A DNA stretch of 64,000 nt from Obrimoposthia wandeli (taxonomy: Eukaryota), in contig CDROCS010000817.1 in the NCBI GenBank assembly GCA_977020255.1, positions 434,001 through 498,000 on the forward strand, in the 5' to 3' direction. Made by a program: the position numbers and the translations under genes. The stretch's first letter is position 1, and each line of letters starts with the position of its first letter. The notes under the pieces were generated by a model. That model ran no database searches and was not told the origin of the DNA. It saw nothing but the letters and a program-made list of their open reading frames with translations. Positions 60,659 through 64,000 of the stretch are shown piece by piece.

Positions 60659-63600
60659 ATGGCTCACCCAGGAGCTCAAGCAGATAATAATGCAGGAAAT
60701 AATGTAGGTGACATGAATGCCGAACAGTTGGCACAAGCCCTAAATGCGACGTTGAGACCCAACTTTTCAGGATCATTGCAGATTACAAAGTTTAAAGGAG
60801 ATGAGGAAAGTATTTGTGACTTCCTCGCAGAATATTCGAGTTGTGCAGATGTTCAAGGATGGAACGATAAAGAAAAATGTGTCCGAGTACAGGCACACTT
60901 AACCGGATTAGCACTTGAAGTGTATAAACATTTGACAGAAGCAGAACGTTTAGACTGGCCAACGTTGGAAAATGTTTTTATTGGAAAATTGGTATTAGGA
61001 GACTTAGCCAAAGTAAATAAGCGACTCATGAGAGAACGGAAACAGAAACATGATGAAGGCGTGAATGAATACGCGTATGTTTTGAGAACCTTGGCCGCAA
61101 GAGCGTACCCAAGAAGAATAATAAGAACTCCAGAAGGTATTCCTGTAGCTCAAGAAGCACAAGTAGCGGAAAATGACCGGAACCAAAATGAAATGGCAAA
61201 GGTTTTGTTAGATATATTTAGAGGAGGACTGAAAAAAGATATTAAAGTATTATTGGCTCTATCGGATACAAATGATTTTGATAACGCCGTGCGAAAGGCG
61301 AGAGAGATTGAGAAAAATATAAAAAATAACGCAGCATTGGCATTTTACGCAATGACTGCAGGTGACGACGATAAGACAAAGGTATTCGTGAATAAAACAG
61401 AACCGAGTAATTTTCAGAACCGAAATTATGGACAAAATAAGTTTGAAAAAGTAGATGAATCCAGTAACGGAAACAGAGATAATTTCCGAAGTAGGAATCG
61501 AGATGATTCCAGAGGTAGAAATAATAGTGAGTCTTGGAACAGGAATCGAGGTGATTCAAGAGGTAGAAATAGTAATGATTCGTGGAATAGAAATAGAGAT
61601 GATTCCAGGAATAGATTTAATAGAGATAATTCAGGAAATCGCCAACCTTGGAGAGGAGACGATAGGAATTATAACGCAAACAGAGGAGAGTGAAGTGACT
61701 CTCGATTTGGGAATAATACAGGAAGTAGTGACGGAAGATTCAATAATCGAGGAAGCGGTTTTGAATCGAATTTCCGAAGAAATGATTTTAGAGGACGCTA
61801 TGATAATAGACAGAATAGTCGTCGAGTACAGTTCGAAGATGAACAAAATACGATAGATATTCGAGGGAGAATAATGTGTTACACGTGTAAACAAATGGGT
61901 CACTATTCGAGAGATTGTACGAGAAGTAAAGAGTTCGGAACTAACAGATTTGGAAATAATAATTTCGGTAATAATAATTTTGGAAATAATTATAGAGGAT
62001 ATAATTCACCCCCGCCATGGAATAGAGGTGGTGGATATACTCCACAGCCACGGAGACCGAATAATCAGTATACAGATAGACAACAGTCACCAGGTAGATA
62101 CAATAACTATGCAGACAGACAGCAAGGAGCTGAGAGATACAATAATTACGTAGGACAGCAAGGAGCTGAGAGATATAATAATTCCGGTAGATATAATAAT
62201 AATAATGTTGACAAGACAAATAGTCGCGAGAGTTCGCCGAAACCGAAAGGAAATTTTAGTTATGTAAACGATGACAGCGATAGGAATCGCGAGACCGAAC
62301 TTCGACGCGAAATAGATTTTGAAGATAGTGATAGTAAATTTGAACGAATGTTGGGAATACTTAAAGATTCACCACATACAAAGATGGCGAATTCATCTAC
62401 GTTGTCGAAATAAGAAAAAAGTCTACACTCGAGAGAAGAGATGAATGATTTAATGAATCAAATACTAGAAGCGTATGAGACACCAATAGAGAAAACGTGT
62501 AACGCACAACCTATGACCGATCATGTAGAAGCAGCAAGAAATGCTACGAGTATGGAAAATGTAAAAAAGATAATTAGTGAAGCTAAGGAGACGTTGAATC
62601 AACCGTTAGACGAAACGAGTGAAGCTCCAGAAGTTTTGGCCAAATTACAAACAATTAAAGTGCACAGATTGGAAGAAGTGCGAGCAGAATTGGTTAAACA
62701 TAGTCATGATAACTTGGGTTACAAAGAAGTACCACGAGGATTATTGAAAGGTTATGGTCGCTACGTACAGAGATCAAACCAAAAAGGAACGATGAAAATT
62801 TCACTTCGATTAATTTCCGGACAGATAATACATGAAAAACTTAACGTGTATCAGACAATGAAAACTATTCGAAAAAAGTTGGCCGAGAAACTTGAAATTG
62901 ATGGAATGAATATGTTGTTCCATTATAAAGGGAGATCACTAGATGATGAGGACGTACCAGTCGAGTGTGGATATCCGATAGGAAATGAATTAGAGGAAAA
63001 AATTGATGTCATCACTGTAGGACGACAAGAGTTAGTAGATAATGAAGGATTAACGGAGATATTGAACTCTGCGTTAGAAATGATAAAAACGCCTATAGAA
63101 ATTTTAGACAGTTCAAGCGAAAGCGGAGATAATGATGTAGCTGAAGCTTGGAACAAGACATCCACACCAGAACCGTACGTAGCTGAATTACAAGACATGA
63201 ATTTAGAAAATGAGTTGACAACTCCAGTGGTCGAGGTACCACCAGAACCAGATATAATTCAAATCAGACAAGATGAAGTCGCGGATACAGCTAACCAAGC
63301 GAGACAAACCGAAAACGTAACCCAACTAGTAGGAGAAGACGAAATCTCCGAAATTGTAGATTTAGATTCACCAATTTGGCATGCTGCATACAAAGATAGA
63401 CAAGCAGAGCAGATGATGCGACAAAATGAAGAGATTGGCCATGAAGAAGGACCAAGTCAAGAGATACAGTATAATGGTGAACCGTATGATCCAGGAGAGA
63501 ATCAAACTGAGTATCAGTATTTTCGAAGAGGACCTGGAAGACCTAGAAAGGATGGAAGTATATTACGAAATGTTTTAACTGCACCACAAACTGATGAGGA

Positions 63601-64000
63601 GAGACATCTAAGCATTGGACAGTTAGCAGCGTCATTAGAGCAGTATAGTGCAGAGAGGAATGAAGATATCAGAGGTGATATGAATTCAGAAGCTCCAAGT
63701 AGTAAAGATATACTTACGGGAATTCTCAGGCAAGTGAAGCCGAAGTTGTTCAAAATGTACAGAGATGAAACAACCGATATAACAGACAATTTGACTAAAG
63801 CAGTTAGATCACAAATGTCTGCAGTAAAGAGAATGACTGCGAATCATGTATACCATGCATCAATAGATAGATTTTACGACGGTGAAGTTTTAGCGAGATT
63901 ATGTGGAAACCAGACTACAAATAAAAAGTTAATTACAGCAATCACATATCTATGTTTCCAATTGACGGAACGAACGAGCCAACCTCACGAAGTCAAACAA
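60659..64000 (+). pseudogene. gag: Gag-Ubl-AT-hook-Bcl-2-like polyprotein of element B with two premature stops; incomplete at window end
   Basis: Collinear with element A; TGA at 61691 (CGA in A) and TAA at 62411 (CAA in A); GAA at 62726 where A has its gag stop; frame then open to 64000. Confidence 0.9.

Larger units (their letters stand above)
57374..64000 (+). mobile_element. LTR element B, second family member, truncated by the window end
   Basis: LTR, PBS, leader and coding region collinear with element A but with a different LTR interior. Confidence 0.95.

Overview
AT-rich, intron-containing eukaryotic (probably invertebrate) DNA made almost entirely of nested mobile elements, plus three coding exons of one host gene of the basigin/neuroplastin family (minus strand, 45.1-51.5 kb). 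Main result: a Ty3/Gypsy-like LTR element family present as one complete recent copy (28794-39435, minus; 1864/1865-bp near-identical LTRs, GTAT target-site duplication, elongator tRNA-Met PBS), a second copy running off the window end (57374-64000), a solo LTR (4164-6752) and LTR relics. The complete copy has no protease, RT, RNase H or integrase. The two copies carry stop codons at different positions, so their consensus is one ~1680-aa ORF: Gag (CCHC), ubiquitin-like domain, AT-hook, Bcl-2-like domain, internal signal sequence, then a truncated class III (chuvirus G / herpes gB-like) fusion glycoprotein. A decayed relative at 1270-2745 keeps the missing glycoprotein C-terminus and follows it with a retroviral-type aspartic protease, suggesting an env-before-pol layout in the autonomous element. 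Also present: a decayed Polinton/Maverick (core-like gene, major capsid, cysteine protease, pPolB fragment); a 7.86-kb non-coding, almost fully palindromic element with Maverick-type ends and a 6-bp TSD; three BEL/Pao relics; piggyBac, Tigger and mariner relics; and two diverged copies of a multi-hairpin element. All protein family calls come from motif recognition by eye, not from searches. Boundaries of decayed relics are approximate.
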